Below, piece after piece: positions 13,508 through 24,929 of a stretch of 64,000 bases of DNA. The notes under the pieces are model-generated. The model saw only the letters and a list, made by a program, of their open reading frames with translations. It had not been told where the DNA came from and did no database searches. The position numbers and the translations under genes are program-made. This DNA comes from Pseudovirgaria hyperparasitica (taxonomy: Eukaryota). The stretch is from NCBI GenBank assembly GCA_010093815.1, contig ML996575.1; one strand, given 5' to 3'. Every line of letters begins with the position of its first letter. The first letter of the stretch is position 1.

Positions 13508-13890
13508 GTGAGTATCCGATTACTCAACTGCAGCACCTTCGAAATAGAGCCCGACTTTGTAGACATCAACCTCGCGGACGCGGAAAACCAGCTCTGGTAC
13601 CCCAACTCGCGACCACCACGCGCGAAGGCTACATATGCCATCCTATCTTACCGATGGTTTGGAGAAGAGCTTAATTTTAGAACTTACGCTTCTGTCCCTG
13701 GATTATATTTAGAACGTTACTGACCGTAATTCGATACCGTTGAACCTTGGATTCAACGCCGCAAGCCTACACGAGCGCACAGCAGCTATCTACAAGATTG
13801 CAGTGGCCCGTCGAAATGTACGATATGAGAGTCAACGTATCGGATTCCCTTGAACCCACATCTAGGCTGACACAGTATGTATCATAAGAC
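13508..13890 (+). pseudogene. HET-domain gene relic
   Basis: IRLLNCSTFEI...YAILSYRWFGEELNF, then in another frame YKIAVARR...THI*ADTVCI. These match the HET motifs RLLN, YAILSHxW and YIWxDTCCI, with a frameshift and stop codons. Confidence 0.7.
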
Positions 13891-14147
13891 TCACCACCGA
13901 CGACAACGCCCTACGAAAGGGGTGGCATATGCCGCCGAAAATGGCGGCAGAACGTAAATAGCTTTCAATACGAACGTATTTTGATATTTTCTTACCGTTT
14001 ACCTCAGTAACCTCAGCTTTGGGCCTCAAAAGATCATATCTAGAAGAGAAAGCCAGCAAGTACCTCCGTCGATACCGGCGATTAATCGAAAATGGCCCAC
14101 AGGGCAGCTTCGACCTTCTCACTTGTTGGCTATTCTTGCAAAATTTG

Positions 14148-15145
14148 CTATTCGCTCATGAACTCGTCCATCAATCTCTCAGACTCCGCAGTTCGTACAT
14201 AAGTGAAGCCTCCATTGAGCTTCCTCTCCATGACCATGCCAATTGCACCTTCTTCGTCTTGCATCGCTTTCCACTCTCTCCAATCGCGATCATCTTGATC
14301 CTTTGTCCGTAGGACGCAGGACCCGAAGTCTATCATGACAACGTTTGGCCGGGTCGTCTGCTGATAATTCGTCGATGGATGATGACGTACGATAAAGCTC
14401 CTCGTCTTGACATCTTCATTGCGGATACCTCTCCCGCCAATCAGGTTGATAATCCGAATCGCTTCGTCACATATCTGTTGCCAGGCGGCTTTGGGTGCAA
14501 ACTTGTCGAGATCGGTTAGGCTGAAGCCTTGGACGTACTCCAACAAGATACCTGGGCAGTCGAGATATTCACGGGTGGGGCCGGAGCTTGATGGGGATTT
14601 GACCAGGATTCGGGCTGCAAGATGGGGAATGCATTCGCCTTGAAGGTCGCGGAGCTGATCGTACACCAGGGTTTCCGTCGAGAAATGTTTTCGGCAGCAG
14701 AATTGAAGATAGGCTTCACGATGCGCCGAATCCCAACCCGCCTCCGCCTTTGGGGTCCACTCGTAGTCGGTCTCTTTTTGAGCGTAGAGCGCGAAAAGAG
14801 AAGCCATGTCGCTGCTCTCCACAAGGGTGTGATATGCTACTTCGACATCGGCAGTCCAAGCGCTGGCTTGATTGTCTCGTCGAAGTTGTGTAGCATAGCG
14901 TCGATCGAATAGTTTTAAGACATACTCCCCTCGCAACGTAGGCCAGTTGAGTCGAACGAGTAGAGCGCACGAAAGAGTGAAAGGCTCAAACGCCTTGATG
15001 ATGGTTACGTCAAGGCTTACAGAGGGATGATCATCGATTTGAACAGGTAGAGTTTCCTCCGGGAGATATGGATAGCTGACAGCTATTAGTGGAGATTGAC
15101 TGCTAAACGTTTCGAATATACTTACTGAGACATTGTCGACTCCAT
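14148..15145 (-). CDS. Fungal atypical protein-kinase-like protein
   Basis: VLKLFDRR, E..VYDQLRDLQGECIP, GILLEYVQG, IRNEDVKTRSF, VMIDFG. Short first exon (ATG at 15145 or 15133) and a GTAAGT...CTAAT...CAG intron inferred. Confidence 0.8.
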
Positions 15146-15859
15146 CCGGGTCGCTCGCGTTGACAGTGTTTAGTTCCAGTAGGATCTGGAGAGAAAAAAA
15201 GAATGAGACCGCGAGAGCGAAGCAAACTCACATTTCTGATCGTAGCTACCAACGTAGCCTGCACCAACACTTACTTTGACGCCGAATAACCGCTTTCAGT
15301 ACTGGCGCTTATAGAGGGCGAGGAGAAGAGTTGGACAGAAGATTTTCCAGCAGAAGGAGGAAGCGCGTAGTTATGGGCAGACAGAGATCGCGGCGCGCGC
15401 GGGCAGAGGTTGAAGCTTGGCGACCTCAGCCACACCGCGCACCTCCATTTCCTGATTTGTGCTTGTCGTTGAACTGAATACCGGAAAAGTCTGAAAAGAG
15501 AAGGGGTCATTAGTTATATCATCTCTATATATCTTGACTTGATGTTAAGCCTGATCTCGGGTCCGGCGGAAAAGTGGTCCCATGCCAGACCGCTCAGAGG
15601 GGCTGATTTTGGGCCCCTAACACCTACAACTCTTGAAATTTCGCTCACGTACTGTAAATGACATATAAAGCGAGAAGAAGGTGGTTAGGGGTCACGCTCC
15701 TAGAGTTGAACTGTAAGACCCGATCAAGCGCCGAAATGCGGGCTTAGACAACACCCAAATGAGACTCGCTATGCTTAAATGTGGATTGGAGGATTCGGGC
15801 TAGGACAGCGTTTCTATACGCGGATATCGAGAATGATGATCACTAAGGAGGGAGACGGT

Positions 15860-16050
15860 CCGTGGAGAGATTCTTCGTGGAGAGAAGAGCTCTGCGGAGA
15901 GATTCTTCAAGGAGAGATTCTCTCCGTAAAGAGAACAACCGAGGAGAGAAAGGCTTCATAGAGAATCCTCTCTAAGGAGAAATAATCTTCAGATAAAGAA
16001 TCATTTTTGTGGAGAGACTTTTCGAGGAGAGAAGAGTTATGGGGAGAACC
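15860..16050. repeat. Degenerate ~15-18 bp minisatellite (GGAGAGA core)
   Basis: GGAGAGA-like cores at ~15864, 15879, 15896, 15911, 15928, 15943, 15958, 15976, 16011 and 16026. Confidence 0.7.
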
Positions 16051-17198
16051 CGGCCAGCTTTGATTTATAGGCACCCTCGACTCGTTAAACTGATCAATTA
16101 CAGTATTGATTCAATTGGTTTATTTTCTCCAGCAATTCTTTATATACTTATGCAATCCAGTGTCGTGATTTGATCCTAAGAAGTCTACCCCGTAGGAAGC
16201 CTTCATGATTGACGAGGCACTGTTCGCATGGAAGGCAGATCAGGTTTTGTTCAGCGGTCTATTTGTCCCAGAGCCGTTCTGTTTCAGAGACGCTGGTAAT
16301 CTGATATACGATGCACGTCTTGCTAAGACACAAGTTTTGAGCTCCCAGACGAGGATGCAAGGGTAGATGCGCGTTCAAGGAATCCGGATTCGACTAGACG
16401 ATAGCTGTCGGTTTGAATTTCTCACAATATTTACCGCACCGATACCGTTTTGGTTGATCCTCATCACCTTCGGCCTCCTTTGGTGATTTATTGGGATGCC
16501 CAAAGTCGGATACAGCAGGGTAAACAGTCGCACAATGTCAAGCTCAATTGTTAGACGAGGCGATAGGATGGCATGTCGAAGACTGTAAATGCCTGTATGC
16601 ATTTAGATCCAAATCGGACACGGTCAAGGGAAAACTGCGGTGTGGTATATGAATCCGATGCGAAGCAGATTTATCCCTCGGGGCTGATTGCCGTGCGGAT
16701 GCCGATGCTTCTCACTATTCCGAACGAAGTCAGATATAAGTCCTAGACGGTCACTCACGATTGACGACCTTCGATTGCCAATGGCTGGCAAGATGGGGGG
16801 GTACATCTGTACATGTTAAGCATGTCAGTGAGATCAAAACAGATTATTTGCCGCTGCGCTTCAGGAAGTCTTCAGTTTTCTTTGTGAATTTCTTGAAGCC
16901 CTGGAGATAATTATTTGATTCACATATAAAAAACGTCATGAATCAGCAGAATTTGAAACGAACTTATCAGATACCGATAGGGTATATTATCAATTGTAGG
17001 TTCGAAAGCAGGAAACCGACATGGCGATTGATAACGCTCGTTTACTTTGGATGAGCGAGATGACGCAGATTGGGCCAACAAGATCTTGGGAGCCTCCAAC
17101 GTCCACACCTCGATGCTCCGTCCAGTCAGATGAAGCTGACTCTGGTGCACGTAAAGTTTACATAAATGTGCTTAGTTGTGAAGACTTAGTCACCAGTC

Positions 17199-18190
17199 TC
17201 ACCACACTAGATGCCCACAATTCTTGATCATGGGCAGTGCATACAAGAAGCCAGTCCAGGCACACCACATCTTCCAGCTCCCCTTATCAGCCTGAATACC
17301 CCTCATAAAGATCACCCTCGCAGCTAGCACAGCACCCACAGCCACTACAGCACCAAAAATGATCTGTTGATCGACATGCAGCTCCCAGTACACAGAAAGG
17401 TAAACCGACCAGATGAATACCGGGACACCGATCGCCCACCTCGCAACTATCTCCGGGTGAACGAGTGGCAGTGTCTTCCTCCCTTTCGTACGATCGCCCG
17501 GAATATCAGGCATGTCCTGCATCGATAGCGTAGAGAAGACAACAGCGCCAACAAGAGCGATCCACTGGTACGCACGACTGTTCAGATCGTGTTCGCCATG
17601 ACCCACCGCTACAGCAGCTGAACCGGAGCTGTAGCACATGAAACCGAGGGCGTTGATCGCATTGCGGATAATATACAGCTCGTCGGAACCGGCCAGGTCG
17701 TTGTACATCCATGTTAGTGCCATCATGGCGACTGTCTCATGCATACCACCCAGGAACCAACTGACGATGAAAGTAGCCGGGAGAATGCCTAACAATAGTC
17801 TACGTGCTGCGAGTTCAGAGATACGGCCAGACGGAAGCGGGCGCCACGCTTTATTGACTGCATCCTCAACGACTGAAGCTGGAAGGCGCTGGTTGGCCAC
17901 GTCAAAGAGAAGGAGATTGGCCCAGTTCCAGAGGAGAACTTGCGGGAGCCGGGACAGGACGTCGTTGACGTGTACGGAGGGGTTAGATGTGAGGAGAGGC
18001 CCGGAGAGCGCGGTAAATATGCCGAATGCGGTTTCGGGCAGGACGATGGACTTGATGTCGTTTGCTGTGAAAAGCCAGATTGTGTGAAGCATGTTCAGCA
18101 TTGAGGAAAGTGGCGACTGCGTGCTGCATTAGTGACATTGAACTAAACGATGATAGTTAGGCAGTGGCTGACTTTGCTATCCGGAGACAT
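17199..18190 (-). CDS. UbiA-family integral membrane prenyltransferase / UbiA-type terpene cyclase (Fma-TC-like)
   Basis: NQRLPASVVEDAVNKAWRPLPSGRIS, YND and QDMPDIPGDRTKGRKTLP metal-binding motifs; multiple TM helices. A short upstream exon (ATG 18190) is inferred; otherwise the start is 18101. Confidence 0.85.
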
Positions 18191-18599
18191 GGTGATCGAT
18201 TCAGTTGAAAATCGCTGCGTAGCTCTTCCTTGATGATGGTATGCAGAAGAGTACGACGGCTCGCTTTGGTCTGAGACTAGAAGCTTACAACGTGATTCGT
18301 TTTGACGTTTGGACTAGTGGTGAAGAAATTTTCTAATTGACCAACACGCGCAGGTGAATAGGACGTGAACAATGTCTATGCCAATTGAAGTAAAGGACTT
18401 CAAAGGACGACAAGACGAAGGATGTAAATATCAGGGGCCAGCAAAGTCTATGCTGGATCTAATAAATACTTGCAACCAGCTGGCTAGGACAACACATTCT
18501 GCATTGAATCTATTGGCATTTTACGCGCTCACCGTCAGATCGTCGCCTTATCCATCGAGTGCCGCAATGTTTTTGCGCTAAATCTCTCGAAGCACCGTA

Positions 18600-19000
18600 T
18601 GTGCATCCTTCTCTATCAGTGACCTTTCATGAGGTTCCTCTCCTTTCTCCATACCCTCTCTTTTGATGACATACAAAATAAATACCGCAAGCTTGGCAGC
18701 CTTTTCTGACCACTGCACGTCGTCCGGTGCGATCCTTCTATATAGCTCTTCTGATATCGTATTCATTGTCGTTGACGTGCCGCGGGTATTAACTTGACGT
18801 TGCTCGGACCCGTATCTTTCTTTCGGAAACGTGCTAGCTCGGATAAGATACATCTAGGTGCCTCGTGTCGAGGTCGCCCGTATATGGCCTCAAGAGCATA
18901 TTTGGATGCGCACAGTACGGGCCTGCTTCTGGTACAGTCACTACCTCTACAGCGGCCAGGGATACCACGATGACCACTTTTCCCCGGCAATGATTTATCA
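18600..19000 (-). pseudogene. SDR oxidoreductase relic
   Basis: GKVVIVVSLAAVEV..PEAGPYCA in one frame continues as CASKYALEAI...SELARF in another, so the YxxxK motif is split by a frameshift. No Rossmann N-terminus is recognisable. Boundaries approximate. Confidence 0.6.
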
Positions 19001-19766
19001 TGGTGTGTACATGTAATGCAGCGTGCCCTACGAGCCCTACATGCAGTCCACGCAAGCCCTCGCATGACTTTACCAGAAAATCAAGACATGTGTTGTGTTG
19101 TGCAGGAGTCTAGACAAGTCTCCGACTGAAAAGAACGCGTGGGGTTATGTCATTCGTCGTCTCTCTGTTGTCTCATTCCCACTAGAAAACGTGATTCGCC
19201 TACAATTTTCTTAGCGCGATTCTTAGCCTTGCCTATGCATTGTACCTCCTTTGTTTACTTAGAATCGCATAATTCTATACGTGCATTTTCCTAAAGTATT
19301 TATTGGATACTTATCATCATGGACTTCGGGTTCGCCTTGTCTTGGCCATCACATGATGAGACACCTGCATCGGGAACGAAGGGTATAAGAGATCGCCCGG
19401 ATGGATCAGTCGGGACTAAATGAGGCTAGACTCAAACGTGTATCACATGACAGGACTCTGAAATCTTACCTACAAGAAGAGAATGTTTAATTACTGCCAT
19501 TACATTTGCTAGACTACCTATAGTCTTCATTGGAAGAATTCGTTAAGCTACCAATTTTTAGACACTATAGTGATCTTAACTAGAACGATGTAGATAGATG
19601 GGTCTAGATATATCTTACTAGATTCTAGAGGCTATTTTATAAATTACATCATGATCTCTACCTGAGTAATACACTATATCCCACACCGAGCTAACCGTAA
19701 TCTATACGCCACCGGTGAATCAGTACGCTCCGCCCATAACTCACTTGAGCTGTCTATATCGATCCT

Positions 19767-22064
19767 ATGCAAAACGCCAAAGTCAGAAATCAGCGGAGTT
19801 GCATCGCCTGCGCACAAAAGAAAGTCCGATGTGATAAACAAACCCCATGCGATAGATGCCAACGCGCTGCTATACAATGTATACCACCAGCGGTGAGCCG
19901 GCGACCACGATGGGCTCCAGCAGCTCGAAGTCCGGCTCATAACCCACCTCAATCATCAAGCAATGTTGTTCATCTCCCTACACAACGTAGGTCGACCGAA
20001 TCAGGCGTTAGCAAGATTCTTAGCAGACTGGATGCGATGGAAGCTCTAGTACACACTTTGGAAGGCCAGCTGGTACACGCCAGATCAGATCCATCAGTGG
20101 AATCTCTACATTTGAGAAATTCCCCAACTCTTGCTGTGTTGCCTAGGCAGTCCAATCAACATAGTGCACAGTCGTCTGATCTAGGTCAAAACCTGAGCAT
20201 TCGGTTCTGGTCTCACATCGATGACGAATTGAAGAGCCTGAAGGAACTTGTGATCGACTACACAAGTACGGAGCATGATCATAACATGACCGACGCGCAG
20301 ACGTCAACTGCGTCGTCATCTTCAAGCTCTGAGATGATAAATCGCTCACAAACCGCGTGCTATACGCCTGCATTTTTGCTAAGGCACACGAAGAATGACA
20401 AGGTTCATGATACGGCGAGTCTTCTACCTCTGCCATCCCAGCTACCCTTTCTGCTGGAAATCTATGCGGAGAGGATACATTCAATCGTGGGTATCCCGCA
20501 TCTAACATCATTGAGATCACTTCTTCAACAGCATCGGACAGGGTTCACGCAAAGTACACCATCTTCCAACCATGCTTTGATGTTTGCTGTCTTCTTCGCG
20601 GCTGTCTGTTCGATGGACGAACAAGAAGTACAGACCAGTCTGGGTCTATCCCAGAATGAGCTTCTGACAAGATATCGTATCGGGTTAGAAAGCTCTCTTG
20701 TACGAGCAGACTTCTTGAACAACCCATCATATGACCTCGTTGAGGCTGTCACTATATTCATGACCCTCGCCCGGCAAGACGACCCTCCAAGATATGTGTT
20801 TATGATGACAGGGATCTTGATCAGAATGGCTCGTTTCCTTAGATACCACGAAGATGGCTCATCTGGAAAAGATCTGACACCATTTCAAGCTGAGATGCAA
20901 CGTAGGCTGTGGTGGAACCTTTGCGCGCTCGATCTCCGGGCGACTGAAGACCAAGGCACAGAGTTAGGTATATCAGAAGGCAGTCACAGTACGCAGTTGC
21001 CAGTCAACACCAACGAGACTGATATCTCGCCATCTATGATTCAAACGCCACGACAGCTCGAGGGTGTGACTAGCATCACCCTTCTGCGGCTTTGCTCGAA
21101 AATCACGCGGACCGCTCAACAAATGATGTCAGCGAGTTCCACAGACACAATTGAAGACCGTGTCAAACGACTCGACAACCTCTCCAAAGAACTCGATCAA
21201 GATTACTTTGCCGTGACGGACGCATCGCAACACAGCATTTATATTGCTGCTGCAGGTACCATGCGCATCTTTCTCGGACGGCTTACGTTATTAGCATTCT
21301 TTCCATCGCTATTTACCACTCCTGATAAGAGCATATCGACCTCACTACGCAGCAAATTAGTTATTGCGGCCATTGAAGTGATTGAGCATCATCACGCCTT
21401 GTGCTCAGATCCAAGCTGTCGACCATGGAAGTGGGTGTATCATACACAACAGCATTGGCACGCCGTCGTCTATCTTCTCATTGACCTATGTCAGCACCCA
21501 TGGTCTCCTACCATGGAAAGAGCATGGATAGCATTACAAAGTCCGTGGCTAGTTCCTACCCAAACATCAGTCTATAAGAATCCAAGCACGTGGGTGCCTC
21601 TCAAGCGATTGATAGCAACTGCCCGTACACGTCGTGAGCAATCAATACAGAAACTCCAAGCGTGTCCAATGTGGGCCGTCAAAATTCGTCACCATGACAG
21701 TGAGCATATGCCTGTTCCTTTGAGCTCGACCACTTTTCCGGCGTATTTTAATGATGCAAGCTTTCGGGAGCGGTGGCACCAGATGATCTTTTCGGCGACA
21801 TCTGGGTCTGCAGACACAATTGCAGTTGATAGCTCCTCCTGTGGTCATAAATCGACCAATATTGAGAGGCCCCGTTCTCCGGTACATGGTATGTCAGGAG
21901 CGATGGTCGATCACCAACTCGAAGCAGCGACTTCTGTCAGCCTTGACAGCTTTCTTGGGTCAAGTGCCAACACCATTTTCGATAACCACATTTTCGAAGA
22001 AGATGACGTGTTGAAATATGATTGGAATACGTGGTTCGATACTGTGGAAGACTCAAGACGGTAA
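19767..22064 (+). CDS. Zn(II)2Cys6 transcription factor with fungal-specific TF domain
   Basis: CIACAQKKVRCDKQTPCDRCQRAAIQC; middle homology region LTPFQAEMQRRLWWNLCALD. Confidence 0.93.
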   Translation: MQNAKVRNQRSCIACAQKKVRCDKQTPCDRCQRAAIQCIPPAVSRRPRWAPAARSPAHNPPQSSSNVVHLPTQRRSTESGVSKILSRLDAMEALVHTLEGQLVHARSDPSVESLHLRNSPTLAVLPRQSNQHSAQSSDLGQNLSIRFWSHIDDELKSLKELVIDYTSTEHDHNMTDAQTSTASSSSSSEMINRSQTACYTPAFLLRHTKNDKVHDTASLLPLPSQLPFLLEIYAERIHSIVGIPHLTSLRSLLQQHRTGFTQSTPSSNHALMFAVFFAAVCSMDEQEVQTSLGLSQNELLTRYRIGLESSLVRADFLNNPSYDLVEAVTIFMTLARQDDPPRYVFMMTGILIRMARFLRYHEDGSSGKDLTPFQAEMQRRLWWNLCALDLRATEDQGTELGISEGSHSTQLPVNTNETDISPSMIQTPRQLEGVTSITLLRLCSKITRTAQQMMSASSTDTIEDRVKRLDNLSKELDQDYFAVTDASQHSIYIAAAGTMRIFLGRLTLLAFFPSLFTTPDKSISTSLRSKLVIAAIEVIEHHHALCSDPSCRPWKWVYHTQQHWHAVVYLLIDLCQHPWSPTMERAWIALQSPWLVPTQTSVYKNPSTWVPLKRLIATARTRREQSIQKLQACPMWAVKIRHHDSEHMPVPLSSTTFPAYFNDASFRERWHQMIFSATSGSADTIAVDSSSCGHKSTNIERPRSPVHGMSGAMVDHQLEAATSVSLDSFLGSSANTIFDNHIFEEDDVLKYDWNTWFDTVEDSRR

Positions 22065-22124
22065 CCCTGGTATACTCAGACCTATCCCTGACTGTACATT
22101 GAGGAGTGCATGGGTCTTGTTGCG

Positions 22125-22188
22125 AGCTCGGACTTGGACGCGGGCTCGGGCGCAGGCTCGGGCTCGGGCTCGGGATCGGGCTCGGGAT
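22125..22188. repeat. Imperfect (GGCTCG)n hexamer repeat in the TF 3' region
   Basis: gggctcgggcgcaggctcgggctcgggctcgggatcgggctcgggatc. Confidence 0.8.
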
Positions 22189-22518
22189 CACAAGACTTGG
22201 CATATTTCCGTTAACGTCGGCCCATATCTCTGTATTGTCATCTTACCAATCTCCTCCCTAGTGATATGCCTAGAGCATAAGGGATATGTTACTATCATTC
22301 TCCAAGCACACACTATAGCACAGAGAGCCACAGATGTCGGCGTTAGTAAAGCGGTATCGCCGCCGTCTAGAGATGGGGATGTAAAAAGGGAGACACTTCC
22401 TCACTCATCGGAATAAATCCCTTATACTACTCTTCAGCTATACACGAATTCGACTCATAAGGTTGATTTGACGCGAAAGAAAACTACAAAATCAAAGTAC
22501 CCGCTCCTTCAAATCCGA

Positions 22519-23418
22519 ATGCCTAGTATCCATAATGTCGCTCTTGCAGGCGCAAGTGGTCCCATCGGCACTGCAACCCTCTCTGCGCTCACATCCGCCA
22601 ACTTCACTGTCACAGTCCTGACCCGGCTCACCTCAAACACGCGACTTCCATCGTCAGTCGACGTCGTCGCTGTGGACTACACCTCTCTAACCAGTCTAAC
22701 CTCCGCTCTTCGCGACATGGATGCGCTCGTGTGTACGGTCGGTTATGCAGGGATGGCAAGTCAGCGACTCCTTATCGATGCTGCCATCGCCGCGGGTGTC
22801 AAGCGTATCGTTCCATCCGAATACGGCTCCGACCCAGCAGACGCAAAGGCAAGGACATTGCCTGTCTTTCAGGACAAAGTAGCTGTGGAGAAGTACGTGA
22901 AAGAAAAAACTTCAGGGACGATGACAACATACACGCTTTTGTGTAACAACCAATTTTTCGACTGGGACCTGGAGAACAACTTTGGAATTAATATCAAAGA
23001 GAGGAAGATGGAGATTTTCGACGGTGGCGAGCACGTGTACACGGCGACCCCGTTATCTTTTGTCGCAAGTGGGATAGTCGGCGTATTAATGAACTCCCTG
23101 GAGACGAAGAACAGTGTTGTGAGGCTTCATGGGACTAGTATGACACAGAACAAACTTTTGAGTTTGGTCCAGAAATTCACAGGGACCGATGGTTGGGATC
23201 TCAAGCACGTGAGAAGTGATGAAAGAGAGAAGGAAGGGTATGAGAAGTTGCAAGAGAATCCTGGAGAATTCTATGGCTGGGCGGTCCCAATGTTGCAAGC
23301 TGCGACGTTCGGAGAGGGGTTCGGGAACGATTTTTCAATGAAACACGACAATAAGTTGGTGGGGTTGGAGGATTTGGGAGAAGATACGGTGGCGGCGATT
23401 GTGAGGGAGAGAGTCTGA
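22519..23418 (+). CDS. NmrA/isoflavone reductase-like (CipA-like) NAD(P)-binding oxidoreductase
   Basis: VALAGASGPIG, QRLLIDAAIAAGVKRIVPSEYG, K..VEKY; ATG at 22519. Confidence 0.9.
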   Translation: MPSIHNVALAGASGPIGTATLSALTSANFTVTVLTRLTSNTRLPSSVDVVAVDYTSLTSLTSALRDMDALVCTVGYAGMASQRLLIDAAIAAGVKRIVPSEYGSDPADAKARTLPVFQDKVAVEKYVKEKTSGTMTTYTLLCNNQFFDWDLENNFGINIKERKMEIFDGGEHVYTATPLSFVASGIVGVLMNSLETKNSVVRLHGTSMTQNKLLSLVQKFTGTDGWDLKHVRSDEREKEGYEKLQENPGEFYGWAVPMLQAATFGEGFGNDFSMKHDNKLVGLEDLGEDTVAAIVRERV

Positions 23419-23828
23419 GGCAAAGTGGTTGGGCGAGATGGGATATTCTAAGGACCTTATATCAAGCCCTAGACTTGCATATGTTTCTACCTTATCAGAA
23501 GACACACTTGTCGAAATTACTGTACGGTAGAGGATGAGATCGGGATGTTGCAACCACTTCTCCAATCCTGCCATCGATTCAGAGATTCTCTGATGCCGAA
23601 TGGGGCTAAGATGAGATAACACCGGGAAAGTAAACGATAAACATTGCACATAAACAGTGGTTCCGGGACTACGAAAATAAACGCTTAGTGTTCGTAGGTA
23701 TCATCGGATAGTTCAAGTACACGTACAAATCAAATTCTACGCCAATATTCTCAAGCCTCTTGAGGTCCGAAGTATACAGATACAAAATGTAAGCGGGAAG
23801 AGGGACCAAGACGTAAGAGTGTGCAGGA

Positions 23829-24929
23829 TCATTTCTCGGCCTTTTGACCCTTCAAGCATCTGTTCCAATTCTTATTCTTTGAAACCTCTTTGGCCTTGTC
23901 CTTCTGCTGCTGTCTGGACAACTTGGACTCGCCTGGTTTCTTCAAGTTTGGCTTGCGAGTGGCAAAGAACCTAGTAGCTCGCGCAACCGCACTACCAATC
24001 GCACCAGCACTTCTCGCAGCTGCACTACCAATGGCAATTCCAATGGACACAAAAGCTTGGATGATGAAGTTGAGGAAGCGCTTCTGCTCAGGGGACTTGC
24101 CTTGCATATCGTTATTAGTAAGAGTAGTTTCGGTGGCTCTGTTCTCGAGAGACCTGCGCCTAGCAGCCTCCGATGCAATGTCGCCAACTTTCAGAAACTC
24201 ATCTGCAAAGTCCTCCCCCAGGATATCCTTCTCGTCATCTGGGAGACCTGTGTCGATGAAATCGTCTGGGATGTCAGAGCCAGGCCACAGCGCCAAAAGG
24301 TCCATATCGATACTATCAAGAAGATCCGTAGAGAAGCCACCATCGGCAAGTTCTAACATGGCCTGCGTGCCAATGGCTGCGGCAACAAGGGGTAAGCAGA
24401 CTGCCATACGGCGAGCTTTCTTCTGGTTCCGGGTATCCCTGCGCTCCTTATCCTTCCTTTCCCATTCTTTCTGTTTCTCTTCTTTCTTCTTGTCCATACG
24501 CTCCTGGATCTTATCTTTGAACTGCTTCGCTTTCTCCTTGATCTTTTCTTTGATCTTCTCCTCGTATTGTTTGCGTTTGTCGTCTTCGCTTACATCTTTG
24601 TCTCGTATACAGATTGTACGAGTTGGGTCGGGCTTCGTTAGTGGCGGGCAGCGGATGCACTTTGTAGGGTCGGAAGGGTTGCGGATCTTCTTCTTGCGGC
24701 AGCGGGCTTTGCGGTCGCAACTGGCGCTCTCTTCTCTTGAGAGAAGACCGACAGCGGCGAGACCCGCATCATAGTCTACTTGACCTCGTGGCTTGAAATT
24801 ATTCAAGGCTTGCACTTTGCCAGATCCGCGAACTTGATGTGGTGGTGCTATGGCAATCGGAGGTGTGTGCGCGGCAACAAGGTGATTGATCAAGAGAAAG
24901 AGGGCTTTTGTAGGCTGAGAAAGACGCAT
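23829..24929 (-). CDS. Secreted precursor of unknown family: Cys module, K/E coiled coil, acidic region, KR site, cationic amphipathic C-terminal peptide
   Basis: Intact ORF of 366 aa from ATG 24929 with signal-like MRLSQPTKALFLLINHLVAA; several dibasic sites. Confidence 0.75.
   Translation of the reverse strand: MRLSQPTKALFLLINHLVAAHTPPIAIAPPHQVRGSGKVQALNNFKPRGQVDYDAGLAAVGLLSREESASCDRKARCRKKKIRNPSDPTKCIRCPPLTKPDPTRTICIRDKDVSEDDKRKQYEEKIKEKIKEKAKQFKDKIQERMDKKKEEKQKEWERKDKERRDTRNQKKARRMAVCLPLVAAAIGTQAMLELADGGFSTDLLDSIDMDLLALWPGSDIPDDFIDTGLPDDEKDILGEDFADEFLKVGDIASEAARRRSLENRATETTLTNNDMQGKSPEQKRFLNFIIQAFVSIGIAIGSAAARSAGAIGSAVARATRFFATRKPNLKKPGESKLSRQQQKDKAKEVSKNKNWNRCLKGQKAEK

Noticed and set aside
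15860..16050. Relic gene encoding SPRR repeats on the minus strand
   Set aside because: Spacing alternates 15/17 bp, so no reading frame is maintained.
22018..22416. ORF with RARARARDR repeat
   Set aside because: Product of the hexamer microsatellite; TTG start, overlapping the TF end.
23890..24774. 294-aa plus-strand ORF
   Set aside because: Antisense shadow of the Lys/Glu-rich secreted gene; TTG start and an S/F/L-rich composition expected from reversed codons.
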